A DNA stretch of 64,000 nt from Phoronis australis (Eukaryota > Animalia > Phoronida). Position 1 is the stretch's first letter; each line of letters starts with the position of its first letter. Made by a program: the position numbers and the translations under genes. Location: assembly GCA_002633005.1 (NCBI GenBank), contig NMRA01000208.1, forward strand, positions 411,606-475,605, given 5' to 3'. The notes under the pieces are model-generated. The model did not search any database. It saw only the letters and a list, made by a program, of their open reading frames with translations, and had not been told where the DNA came from. Shown here piece by piece: positions 1 through 11,993 of this stretch.

Positions 1-673
1 AATTTGTTGGCGAAAACAATTTACACAAAGTTTTAAACTCGTAACTCATCCCGCTGTCCTCCAATATGGCCGACGCGATCCAAACAAAGTGACCCAAATT
101 TCGCCACAAAACTTGCAATAACTTTACAGTGCTTGCCCCGATTTTGATACTTTTTCGATTTTTACTGAGTAGAATGTACTACCTTTCCGATGATAGCAAA
201 GTACTTTTTCAAAACGAGGAAAAAAATAAAACCGAAAAAAATTGGTTCGACCCATATTGGTTCCTAGGTTCGACCGGCCTACGTAAGGAACTAAACACCA
301 ATTGAATGCTATTTTAACATAAGAAGTACGTGTAACATTCCAAAAAAATCAACGACCACTAACTACAAACTATAAATACACTACATATGCAAACGAATCA
401 CGATATATTACTAATAAAACAAAATAATGAAGACTTTTCGAGCAAGCCATAGCACATTCAGTTACAAGGAAAAAATGGCGGCGTTCAGGACAAGTTCCTG
501 AACTGATGAGACGGAAATGTGGGTACGGAAATAACAGATGACAACCGGTAATCATACGCTCAGAGAGAAGGGTCAAATACTGCTACAAAATCGCTTTTGG
601 CAAGAAAGGCGAAAAGAATATAAAGAAAGTTTGTCGAAAATAAGAATTTATGTAGTAAGTATTTTCGGATACT

Positions 674-766
674 GGAACCACATGGGCAGTTTGCAACAAG
701 GACTTTAAGTCGGCGACCTCCAAACTCTAGGGTCCCTGGTTCGACTCCGTCCTCGGTTTCCCGCCA
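674..766 (+). other. Degenerate tRNA-like sequence (SINE head or tRNA pseudogene)
   Basis: B-box-like GGTTCGACTCC at 738-748; ggaacc (674) can pair with ggtttc (755-760). No convincing D-arm, so not called a functional tRNA. Confidence 0.3.
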
Positions 767-841
767 AATCGTTATCTCACTAGTGAGATAACTTTATGTG
801 TTATTACACGGTTTTATCTGCCATTTGAAGCTAATATTGTG

Positions 842-2207
842 GTATAAATATAGGTTATACGTGTTTGTACCAGTGGTTATTATATCGAGATTCGTGATAT
901 GCAAAAGTATTTGCACGAGGGCGAAATATTTGTCTGAGCTTCTGCTTTAGATTCAGTACAAACTGAGGTTGTCTTAATTAGCGAATTAATTAACACAAGA
1001 AAGAATGGCATTTATTGAAATTTTCGTACTCGGTGGGGGAGACTAGGATGAGTTGGATCACCTAACTCTTGCACACTTTAAAACACAAAGAGATTTTCTG
1101 AATCATTGCGGCACTTGTTGAATATCAAAATGTCTAAGTTTAGGAGGGTTGAGCCAATTGACGTGAGCCGTGTAGCTCATTTTATTGTCCAATTAGTTAA
1201 CTAAATAATTTACGTTGGCCCGACAATTGAGATTGTGTTTAATAAAGTATATAGTATACTATCTCTGTCTTTTCATGATTCGTGCTTGGACAACTAAGTT
1301 AGGGAAGCTTGTTTCTAGTTTTTCCTTGTTGTAGAAAAATATGAATGATAAATGACATCTAGCAAACTTTGTTCAAACACAAGGGTGAAAACTTTAAAGA
1401 TAGGAGCCATAAAGCATTTTTGTACATAACTGCTCTTCAAGACACACGCATGATACACAAAAGAGTAGAAAACCGTCAGCTCAACTCTGGTTGACGGGGT
1501 GATCAAATGTCCATCGCATGCAGATGAGCTGAGTCACGTGACAAATAATTTTTAAGCACAACAGATGGCGACACAGAGCGAGTTTTGGCTCCAGTTGACT
1601 ATACAACTTTGTAGTTTTATGATCAATCTTCAGTGTAAGATCCGTGTGCTATATTCATAACTCATGAAAATATGAGCCATGGACGAAAAGTGGCTCAACT
1701 TACCCTGGTCTTACTTAATGATTAGGTTAAAATATGACGAATACCTGACATGTTTTAGTATTAACACTTCACGAAACTCAGCTTTAACTTTTTGAAACAT
1801 GTAAAACCAGGGGAACAGCCATGACTAATTTTGTACATGCCTCCAGTTTCTGAAAGTTGGTGGAATAACAGAAGATTGGTGATGTAGAACTTAACAGTAT
1901 TACTAAAGTTTCATGTCTATATTTTCCAGCTTTCAATACAATCAGTGTGCGCTTGCAAAATGATTGACATCCTTGGAACTTCGATCTATCTTTTACCTGC
2001 TATTCCTGCACAATACATTTTGAGCTCCATTAAAACGAACCATTTGCAGAGGCGGATGCAGGATTTTTAGCTGGTGGGGGGGCAGGGCAGCGTATTAGCC
2101 AGGATTTTGCCCGTCAGACATTTGCAACTCCGAATATCCAAATAGAGAAATTTAGGGGGACATGGCACCCTTGTTACCCCACCAAAATCCCCCACTGATT
2201 CCGGGGC
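842..2207 (+). repeat. Copy 1 of a ~1.36 kb direct repeat (segmental duplication)
   Basis: Aligns by eye end-to-end with 10634-11993, from gtataaatataggttatac to cactgattccggggct, with scattered substitutions and small indels. Confidence 0.93.
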
Positions 2208-2229
2208 TCGTTCAAGGACTCTCTATTGC

Positions 2230-2422
2230 TGGTGCCAGGTTTGATCAATAAATCCTACGCCCTTTTGCGGAGGGTAGGAAGACGGGCAGTGCGTCTTTTG
2301 CGTGGTTGAAGTCAATGCAGTGTGCCTTTTGCAAGGATGAAATGAAAATTTAGGGGCCTATTGGACGCCGCACGTCCCGCAAAAACTTACTGAAAAAGTA
2401 CCACCTACCCGCAATTTTTGGT
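2230..2422 (+). mobile_element. Truncated copy of the MITE family at 14891-15195
   Basis: ggtgccaggt...aaatcctacgcccttttgcgg...aaaaacttactgaaaaagtacc..cctacc.gcaatttttggt matches 14964-15152. Confidence 0.8.
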
Positions 2423-3722
2423 TGTAACTTTGGAGTTGCAGACGTAGAAAGTAATTCTGTTTTGGTCACGTCCCGATGGTTATTTCTATTTATGTGACCT
2501 CACAATAACGCTTTGGGATATTGCGCGGACACGTGACACGGTTATTGCACGGCCATATCAAGACGTATGTGGTATAAATACACAAAATGCACCGAGAGTG
2601 GCGTAAATGAAATAATATCCCACGAGTCATTATCAAGAAGTTTACTGTTACTGTACTGACTCCTCGGTGTTAGTTTACGAAATTAATGATAAAGCAATGG
2701 TCGTGCGCGACAGCGAAAACAGGCGAGCAAAAGTAGCTTCATTGATTTCACCATAACATTTCATTAATTTAGAAAACTGGCACATCCGAAGCTGTGCATG
2801 GTAAGTTGGTGGCTAAAAATCTAGGTGGCAATGATATTGGCCCTCACAGTCTCGACTAGGCAGAATTTGCAGCACAGAATAGGCAATAGCCCGATACAGT
2901 GGTCCTGGATATTGAAAACGAGGTTGATGCTCGTTATTCAATGGCTGGCTCTCAAAATGGGGGACCACTGCCAGCGACTATTACCCAAAATTGTTTCATA
3001 ATATAGACTGACTTTCACCGAGGCCAGTTTGTTGGTTTCCAGACCAAAAATATGACAATGACCGAAGGCAGAGCTGAAAACTGACATGCTGACGCCCTAG
3101 AGCGAACCTCATTACTTGTTTTATATATTATTAAATCCGTTAAGTAATTCATGGAAGGGGTTACACTTGGTCTCATTCATCCAGTCATCTATTCACCGAA
3201 ATAACTTCATCAAGAAGATGTTTGAATGATAAAATATTTCATAGTCAATTCCGAAAATTAAAAATTTACTCAGAAAATTTTTGAACCAACTCAGACTACC
3301 TTTGTTTAGAACAGTATGTGCAAGTTTGTCTCAGACATTAACACTGCATGTTTGGCGCTTTCGTCGAGCTTTCTTTCTGACGTCATTACCAGCTTATATA
3401 CAAATAAAAAGCACAACCGGAGAGGCCCGACTTTGCGCTTGAAACCTAATGATATTAGAGGTGTGCGCTGTCGACACGAGCAAGAGGTTTGTGTGCGCAA
3501 TTAAGGTGAGTTTGTTCGTATGCACAAGCATTCTATTTAGCCATAAGGCCTACATTTCAGTCGACACTGATTTTTACGGACCTTTATGTGAAGATGAAAC
3601 ATAGCACGCCATTAGAATTGAGTTCCCAGGGAAACAGTTCCTATTTCATTTTTCTCTGTAATTTTCGCTTGTGTTGTTTGAAATGGCTTCGTTTTTATGT
3701 CTGAGAATACCATGGAAATGAA

Positions 3723-3945
3723 TTAAGGAACCTTGTTCTTCGCTTGTTATCATATATTAACAATGACTTTCCCATCCATCTCTGTAAAACAAAATGATGA
3801 TATACGACCCTCCTCAACCCTTAAACGCTTGGAAAAAACTCGAAAGCTCCTGATAAAGTCTGTTAAAGTGTCAAGCGTGACCTACGCTTTAGGAGAGTTT
3901 CACGACTGTGCGGGAAGACCATCCGCCAACAACCGTAGTGACCCT
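3723..3945 (+). mobile_element. Diverged fragment of the long-TIR element at 13392-14592
   Basis: gactttcccat...aaaatgatg...caaccct...aaagtctgttaaa...caagcgtgacctacg...gaagaccatcc is colinear with 13435-13600. Confidence 0.6.
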
Positions 3946-5029
3946 TTTGGGCCACGGTGTCTAAGGCTTTATTGTTCAGAGAAAACTAAGTTTGTCACTA
4001 AACTCAGACGCCAATAACACATTAGCTGTCGACAGAACGAGGATTGGCTGACCTTAGTACTGACCCTTTTAAAATTGAAGTGAAATAAAAACATTTTAGT
4101 AACTTGAAATTAATCGTGTCATTTTTTACGTCTCGTCTTTGAAATATTTCAGTAAAGGCCAGGTGCTCCAAAATTATACACAATGTGATTTTTTTCGTGA
4201 CTTTTATTCCTCTTGCACACATCACTAGATGACGCTGTCGATTCTTATTAGTATTTCGGAGCCTAGTTTCTAAATGTTTTGCGTGTCAAACAATTTATTT
4301 GAAAACTTTTCCTCCGCCACCCATGTTTTGGAGGCAGGCTGTGGTTTTGCTTTTTATTGCCAGGCGCTTCACTACAATCATGGTGCGCTTATCCTGTTTT
4401 GCAAAATTGATTACACGTTCTATGCAATTCCAATTTGATTGTTGGATTAATCAAATTCAGTGTCCCTTTCTTACATTTCTCTGTGATTTGATTTTAATTC
4501 CGCTGTTGAACTTGTGAATCATAGATACGAGTTCCAAGTTTGATTTCATGTAAGCTCCTTGATTGCAACATGGAACCAGTGAATACAGTGTATGTAGAAT
4601 TCCATATTAGACTCGCGCTGAAACCTGGAACAATTTGCACTGATTCTCACTTCAGTTACCCAGTATCGTTGATGTGACGTCATCAGTAGTATTTTTATTG
4701 ACGGGAGAAGGCCACGGTTTCCTCATCACGATTGACGTATCTCTTCCACGGCAAGACCCGTAAGTATGAATGTAGCGGACAGATATTAGAGAGAAGGTAG
4801 AGGGAGATGGAGGGGGGAGGGAATTAGGTGAGAGGGAAGGTATGGGGGGAGGGGGAGGAGGAAGGGAAGAGGGAGAGAGAGAAAGAGAGAAACTGTATTT
4901 GCGTAATTAGTGTGGAAATACATTGGATATAATATGGCAAACAATATATTGGAAATACATTAAAGTAGTTAAGTTACATTGTTAAACAATATTTTACAGA
5001 CTGGTGTGGTAACCTCAAAAGATCAAAAC

Positions 5030-6170
5030 GATAGTGATAAATAGAGGTTAACTCCTTAGGAAAATATAACTTGGAAATTGATTGTACAGAAATTTAGGTA
5101 AGAACAATACAGATACTTCTGACCAGGGCATTGGTTGAGTGGGCGAAACAGCACATAACTGACAGCAAATTGTTTCTGAAGTCAAGGGGCGTGTCGAGTG
5201 CCACAGTACAGATGACCAATGAAATGGAATGGTTCACGTGCCACAGTACAGATGACCAATGAAATGCCTCAAAGTCTGACAGATGCAGAAAACTGAGTAT
5301 TGTTAGGCAATCTTGCCACGGTGTTCCAAGCTGAGATCACTGCAATTAACAGAGCTGCTCAACTGGCACGACAATATAACACAGAGCTGGCAATCAGCCG
5401 ATTACCATCTTTTCAGATAGCCAGGCAGCAATGAAAGCCCTACAGAAACCAAGGGCCAACTCTGGCTGTGTTAATGCTTGTATTAATGAGCTTAACAAGC
5501 TTGCAATTGAAAGAACCGTCAGATACACTCTGTCAGGGCCCATGTGGGAATTGATAACAATGAGAATGCAGACAGACTCGCAAAGATAGGAAAAAGCGTT
5601 CTGCATTTTGTGCCTGAACCTGCCATCCCGGTATCTTACGGATGCTGCAGGATGAGTATACACAACTGGGTACATGCCCAGTCAGCAGCCCAGTGGGAAT
5701 CCCTTAGCTCCGGCAGAGAGACCAAGGAGACTTATCCCAACGTGAACAAACCAAAAGGTTCAAAAAACCTTCTGAGTCTAGATAGACTGGGCATAAAACA
5801 CGTCATTCAAATTTTGACGGGCCACTGTAACCTAGCCCGACACAGACACATTACTGGGCATATGGGGAGCCCAGTGTGCCCCGAGTGTGGTACTGACGTA
5901 GAATCCCCTAAACATCTGGAAGAGTCTTGTCCAGTTTTTTATAGGCTAAAGAGAAACTTACTGGATGGCACTGTTACATGCCTACAACATATACATGTAG
6001 TGCATGGCAACAAATGGAAACGTCTGTCTGTTTTATTAAAGGAGACTGACAGACATGAAAACTTCCTTCACGAAGAACCATAATGGGGTTCTCGTGCTTT
6101 AGCTCAGGTGTTTTTGCAATGGGCCCAACCATGAGGCCTGCGCACGTCTGATGCACCGCAAATGACATCA
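5030..6170 (+). mobile_element. Decayed non-LTR retrotransposon 3' part: RNase H plus C-terminal Cys/His motif (R1/LOA-like)
   Basis: Frameshifted RNase H motifs ITDSK (~5155), TVFQAEITAI (~5320), ITIFSDSQAAMKAL (5401) and GIDNNENADRLAK (~5547). Then LTGHCNLARHRH...CPECGTDVESPKHLEESCP, typical of the ORF2 end of RNase H-bearing LINEs; stop at 6083. Confidence 0.85.
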
Positions 6171-6969
6171 GGTCACGTGCACTGTTTCTTTTTTCTCACA
6201 TTTCGATTGGCAATAAATTGTAGTATTGCGCAATGTGAATCGTTGGCTTGCCATTCCTGTGCATACTACAGACGGAGCGTGTCATGACTGACGCACCCAC
6301 GTTAAAAGTAAGGTGTTACAATGCTGTAGGTCCGCGCAGAATCTGAGGTATCTACGGGAACTGAAGTTGAACTCCAAGCGTTGAAATTTGTACATTTTGA
6401 GACACACTCTCTATCATTTTCCCCAGCCGACAGAAATTGGACTAGTGTTTCAACAAAGGATTTGAAAACCGCCACAAAGGCACCGTTACTAGGGACCTCG
6501 GTACTTCATCTTTTCAAAAAATTCCTTCAAAGAATGACCATAATAAAACTTTTCCCGAACCTGGGTCATGACAAAACGATTCTTGACCGTAGACCCAACG
6601 CTAAGCTGCCTGTCTCATGGGTGACGCACCATAGAGGGCTGGGGGGGGGGGGCAGCTCCCACCTACCCGTCAGTGTGCTGACACTAGGCCCACTCTTCTT
6701 CTCTGCGAAACTTTGTTGGTTCACGGGTTACTCAAATCCTAATGGCTGCATCCCTAGGATTGGTCCCCCACTATGGCGGACGTGGAGGGTTCGGTTCAAA
6801 CATGGCGGCATACGGAGAAGGGGGGGGGTGTAGTTTGGCGAAGTCGAATTGCTTTGTTCCCCCCCAAAAAAAATTTTTGCCTTCCTAAGGAGTTGGAGTT
6901 AGACGGGATGGATCGAAAAATTGCAACTTCAACAAAAATTCATGAGAAAAAATTAAAAAGCGTTACCAG

Positions 6970-8080
6970 TAACAATGACCATAAGCTTACATTTACTCCT
7001 CATTGTCGCGAACTCGTTCATAAAGTACAAAAATTAATTAACCCAGTTAGAATTATCTCTCGTCATCTCAACTCCATGCATCTTGAAACTTTGGTCAAGT
7101 CTTTTGTACTTCCACATCTAGATTACTGTGACATAATCTACCAATAGTCAAACGCTGGCATACTACAATACCAAGCAGCTTTAGCCATAACAGGGGCATA
7201 AGGGTCCAGCACAATCAAGGTTCTAAATAGCCTCAACTGGAGTAAAGTAGCAACCCGTCGTAAACTCCACCTGTCCTTCTATACATTCAAAGTCTTAACC
7301 AACATAAACAATTACTCTAAAAAATGCTCTTTGACTCCTACAAAAGACCAAGCACGAGACCAGGACGGCGGCAAAGTAATATGCACACTATTCCATCTTT
7401 CATCAGCCAAGCCTTCAGGAGATCAACGATATTAATTAGTATTGACAACTGGAATTCCTTACCATTCAAAATAAAAGAAAGCACTTCAATTGACACTTTC
7501 AAAAATAACTTTAAAATGCATACCACTACTCAAGACTTGCCAGTCCCATTGACATCATTCCAACTTCCTCGCAACCAAATTTAGACATTATTTTAATAAT
7601 ATTTCGCCTCTGTGTTCCTATGGAGACACCCAGACATATCCTCATGTTTTCTTTGTTTGTGAGGTATGCAAGGAGCAGAGGGTACAGCTTTTCCAGACAC
7701 TCGAACAATACCCCAACGTTTACAAAAAATATTCTGAAATTCCGCAATTGTACAACAAAATTGATTTTTTTCTATATGGATGTCAAAAACTCAACCCAAA
7801 AGAGAATAAGATTTTGTTTGAAATAGTATCTGAATTTCTTTATAACATTAAATCTCTTTGTGTGAGTGGATAGAATTGTATACGTGTATGAAAATGAATT
7901 ATTTACATTCGTAATTATATCATTGTAATCTTAACATCAGTTTTTTATTTATGTATTCGTGTATTATTATTGTATATAGACTTCTTTGTATTTTTTTAAC
8001 CCAGATCCAATGCCTCTTGGCGCTTTTTGGGTTATGTATATTCATTGTATTTTGAAGATTTCGTAATAAACATTAAAAAG
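6970..8080 (+). mobile_element. 5'-truncated, degenerate CR1/L2-group LINE (post-RT C-terminal region and 3' UTR)
   Basis: DHKLTFTPHC...LVKSFVLPHLDYCDIIY*...LQYQAALAITGA*GSS...LNWSKVATRRKLH...IDNWNSLPFKIKESTSIDTFK, with in-frame stops and a frameshift. AT-rich tail ends in AATAAA plus A-rich sequence at ~8065-8079. Confidence 0.8.
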
Positions 8081-8256
8081 TAACAATGTGACTCCGTGGT
8101 ACTGGTTTATAATTGCATAATTTGTCCAAGTAATACACTCACACAATATTGCGGTACAAAAAAGAATTATACTATTGTGACTGTATTGATGACTCGAGTC
8201 TGTGTCTGTGTTTTAGGTACGTTCCATTTTGTTGGCCAGAACATCGCACCTGAAAC

Positions 8257-9288
8257 ATGTATGCCGACGTATACATGAGCAAGAATTCGACATCCAACCA
8301 AACTGCGTGGTTTATTCGCAACACCGTTTCCATTTACGTCATAATTCCATATTCCGTGATCAATATCTTATGGATTGTTTTCATCGTGATCAGCAACTCG
8401 GTACTACTTTACGTGTACGCCAAACACAAGTCTATACGCGTCAAAAGTGTGCAGGTGCTATTATCCGGACTTGCAGCCAACGATCTCATGGTAGCAGTTG
8501 CCGCGTGCATTAACTTCTATTTGAAAATTGTCGTCTACATGGAGTGGCGCTCTTCGGGCAGAGCGTTCGGTTCGACCGCTTCCGGAACGAATTGTTTGGC
8601 TTCGATTGTGTGCATGACATTTCCGTTATTTATTCAGTACTGCTTGCTGATGTTAATATCAATAGATCGGGCGGTGAGTGTCAAATTTCCTATGAAGCAC
8701 AAGATCATCATGTCCCACACACACTGTTGGATTTTCATCGCTGATGTTTACGCCTTCGTCGGCACTGTACTCGCCATTGTGTACACTCTAACGGCTGAGG
8801 ACGCGGTAAAAGGTTACGATCCATACTTGCAAACGTGCAACTTCAATATTTTCCCCAAACGATACCGCGCTGTAATGACAGTAGCTATGGCTGGATTGCC
8901 ATTGGGAATTAGTGTTTTGCTTCACCTCCTTGTCGCGTGCTATGCATTGAAGACCTTTCGAACTGTTGCACCGGATATCGTCATGGTGACCAGCCCAAGT
9001 TTATCCAAGACGTTGAAAGTGACGAAAGGAACAGCGATAGTGCTGTGTGCTTTCATTGTTTGCGTCATACCGTCAGTCATTTACAGGGCGGTGGCGGACT
9101 ATTACGAGTATACTTCAAATTCACAGATTGTGGACATGCTTCTTGCGGGGCTTCTGGGATTCCACGCAGTGTTGAATCCACTTATATATACCTATTCCTA
9201 CCCTGAAATTAGAAAATATGTACGACCCATAGCAAAGTTATTCTGTAAACGTTTAAGATACATCATGAGAGGTTGCAGAGACTTCTAG
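8257..9288 (+). CDS. Orphan class A (rhodopsin-like) GPCR, single coding exon, 343 aa (alternative start Met at 8275)
   Basis: Seven hydrophobic segments; N-terminal sequons NST/NQT; TM1 SN, TM2 LAAND, TM3 SIDRAVSV (DRY variant), TM4 W, ECL2 Cys, TM6 FIVCVIP, TM7 NPLIY. Upstream acceptor ttttag at 8211-8216 and an in-frame TGA before the ATG. Confidence 0.93.
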   Translation: MYADVYMSKNSTSNQTAWFIRNTVSIYVIIPYSVINILWIVFIVISNSVLLYVYAKHKSIRVKSVQVLLSGLAANDLMVAVAACINFYLKIVVYMEWRSSGRAFGSTASGTNCLASIVCMTFPLFIQYCLLMLISIDRAVSVKFPMKHKIIMSHTHCWIFIADVYAFVGTVLAIVYTLTAEDAVKGYDPYLQTCNFNIFPKRYRAVMTVAMAGLPLGISVLLHLLVACYALKTFRTVAPDIVMVTSPSLSKTLKVTKGTAIVLCAFIVCVIPSVIYRAVADYYEYTSNSQIVDMLLAGLLGFHAVLNPLIYTYSYPEIRKYVRPIAKLFCKRLRYIMRGCRDF

Positions 9289-9369
9289 CAGCACTGAGAC
9301 CTCACCTCAAAAGAGTTCCTGAACTTAATACCTTCCCCCTGGTTACCATTTGAGAACTAGATTCTCCCT

Positions 9370-9860
9370 TAAATGTCGTAGGACTCTAGAAAATGTCCAA
9401 ATTTGGTTAAATTTGGAACATTACATCATAGAGATGGGTCGATAGGACTGTTGCGAAACGTTCAGATACCACACCCTATGCTGTGATCACCAAAACGCCA
9501 CTGTTTGGAGTTGTTTTTATAATGTTCCACTTTTGTATGAGGGTCTATCAGAAAATTGTACATTTATGATTTTCATGGAACCAAAACGATATGATAGCTT
9601 AGAAATTTGTTATGGCGTTTTTGAGATTTCATCTCGAACATTCATAATAAACAAAACTTGGACAATTTTTTTTATACAGACTGACTTTGTTATCAACGTA
9701 CCGTCCCTTTTTCCTGAATTTTATTTAAAAAGTATGGTCACATGGCCCAATCAATGGCAAATTGATAAAAAGTCAAACTTCAATATCCACAGGCTTTCTA
9801 CTTCAGAAAATGTACATTTTTTCTGACTTCAAGTCTAGAGTTTTATAGATATTTAGCTAA
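9370..9860 (+). repeat. Interspersed repeat, related to the copy at ~32660-33215
   Basis: Shared blocks ctagaaaa..gtccaaatttg, atggtcacatg..ccaat.aatg, caggctttctact.tcagaa, agatattt.gc in the same order. Confidence 0.6.
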
Positions 9861-10633
9861 CTATATACGCGTTTGCTGAGGGGTCCTACATGACGAGTCG
9901 TGAGGTCCAACATGAGGAGACAGTGTGGCTTATTGGTATTAGCTCCGGATTCCCGTTTGCGAAACCAGAGTTTGAATCCTGGCTTTATTGGCAGACAATC
10001 GAGCATTGAAGTGTAAAGATGAGAAAGACAGAAATAACGAAATGTACGCACGATAATGTAATTACGAGTTGGTACATGTTTTTATTTTTATTTTGTGTTG
10101 ATTTGTGTGTTAAATATACATTCGCATCGTCATGTGTAATTTTTATGCAATTTTGCATCAAATTTATTTCAATTAGCGTTGTACATGTAGGCCTTAATCA
10201 TGCTGAATACTAACACCATAGTGGTTCCAAACCAGCGTAATTTCATTATTCTCAATATCTTGAATGCTAAAATAAGACTTAAATCTTATGTTTGAATTAA
10301 GTATTTGATAAAAGTGATAAAAGTTTCGTCTTAATTTTAACTGTCTTATCGGATGTGGAAGTTTAAAAGTATGGAAGTTAAGACAAATCTTAGACTTAAG
10401 TAAAAAAATGAATTTAAGTCAGTTTCTTGGAACGGGTCCTTGGTCTGATTTTCATATCTCTCCACCCATTTTCAAAAGTTTGGAGTTGTTCTCACTTGAT
10501 ACGTTTGTCCACTTGCTATCTAAGTTTCAGTACTATACTTTTGTAAAATTGAATATTTTCAACTGTATGTTCCTAAACTTCGTTTTTTCACTTTGTATGT
10601 TGTCTTTTATGAAAAAATCATTCATATAATCTT

Positions 10634-11993
10634 GTATAAATATAGGTTATACAACGTACGTGTTTGTACCAGTGGTTATTATGTCGAGATTCGTGATATG
10701 CAAAAGTATTTGAACGGGGGCGAAATAATTGTATGAGCTTTTGCTTCAGTTTCAGTACAAACTGAGGTTGTCTTAATTAGCGAATTAATTAACCTAAGTA
10801 AGTATGGCATTTATTGAAATTTTCGTTCTCGGTAGGGGAGACTAGGGTGAGTTGGATCACCTAACTCTTGCACACTTTAAAACACATAGAGATTTTCTGA
10901 ATCATTGCGGCACTTGTTGAATATCAAAATGTCTAAGTTTAGGAGGGTTGAGCCAATTAACTTGAGCCGTGTGTCTCATTTTATTGTCCAATTAGTTAAC
11001 TAAATAATTTACGCTGGCCCAACAATTGAGATTGTGTTTAATAAAGTATATAGTATACTATCTCAATCTTTCATTATTCGTGCTTGGACAACTAAATTAG
11101 GGAGGCTTGTTTCTAGTTTTTCCTTGTTGTAGAAAAATATGATTGATTAATGACAAATGGCAAACTTTGTTCAAACACAAGGGTGAAAACTTTAAAGATA
11201 GGAGCCATAAAGCATTTTTATACATAACTGCTCTTCAAGACACAAATGTGTAGAAAACCGTGAGCTCAACTCTAGTTGACGGGGTGATCAAATGTCCATC
11301 GCATGCAGATGAGCTGAGTCACGTGACAAATATTTTTAACCACAACAGGTGGCGACACAGAGCGAGTTTTGGCTCCAGTTGACAATACAACTTTGTTGTT
11401 TAATGATCAATATTCAGTGTAAGATCCGTGCGCTATATTCACAACTCATGAAAATATGAGCCATGGACGAAAAGTGACTCAACTTACCCTGGTCTTACTT
11501 AATGATTAGGTTAAAATATGACGAATACCTGACATGTTTTAGTATTAACATTTCACGAAACCCAGCTTTACCTTTTTGAAACACGTAAAACCAGGGGAAC
11601 AGCCTTGACTAATTTTGTATGTTCATCCAGTTTTTGAAAGTTGTGGAATAACGGAAGATTGCTGATGTACTAAGAACTTAGCAGTATTACTAGGTTTTCA
11701 TATCTTTATTTTCCAGCTTTCAATACAATCAATGTGCGCTTGCAAAAGAATTGACTTCTAAGTTCTTGGAACTGCGATCTATCTTTTACCTGTTATTTCT
11801 GCACAATACATTTGAACTGCATTAGAACGAACCATTCCCAGAAATGGATGCAGGATTTTGAGTTGGGGGGGCAGGGCAGAGTATTTGAGTGCATTTGCAA
11901 CCCCGAACTACCAAATGGAGAATTTTAGGGGGCATGGTCCNCCCCCCCCCCCCCCCCCCATCCCCCACCCAAATCCGCCACTGATTCCGGGGC
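10634..11993 (+). repeat. Copy 2 of the ~1.36 kb direct repeat
   Basis: Colinear with 842-2207 and carries the same small G-rich MITE at the equivalent position. Confidence 0.93.
11839..11983. mobile_element. Small G/C-run MITE with 5-bp TSD
   Basis: Ends cagaaatggat... / ...atccgccactg flanked by attcc (11834-11838, 11984-11988). Equivalent copy at ~2047-2197 (cagaggcggat...atcccccactg). Confidence 0.6.

Noticed and set aside
1-285. End of a DNA transposon (ggttcgacc repeats ending ggttcgaccggccta)
   Set aside because: Plausible, but the other terminus lies outside the window, so TIR and TSD cannot be verified.
674-766. Functional tRNA gene
   Set aside because: Only the T-arm/B-box is good; the D-arm and anticodon stem do not fold convincingly.
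6381-6833. 150-aa ORF
   Set aside because: Non-ATG start, spans G-run repeat sequence, no recognisable domain.
842-11993. LTR retrotransposon that captured a GPCR
   Set aside because: The repeats lack clear TG...CA ends, PBS/PPT and TSD, and the interior has non-LTR (LINE) fragments rather than gag/protease/integrase.
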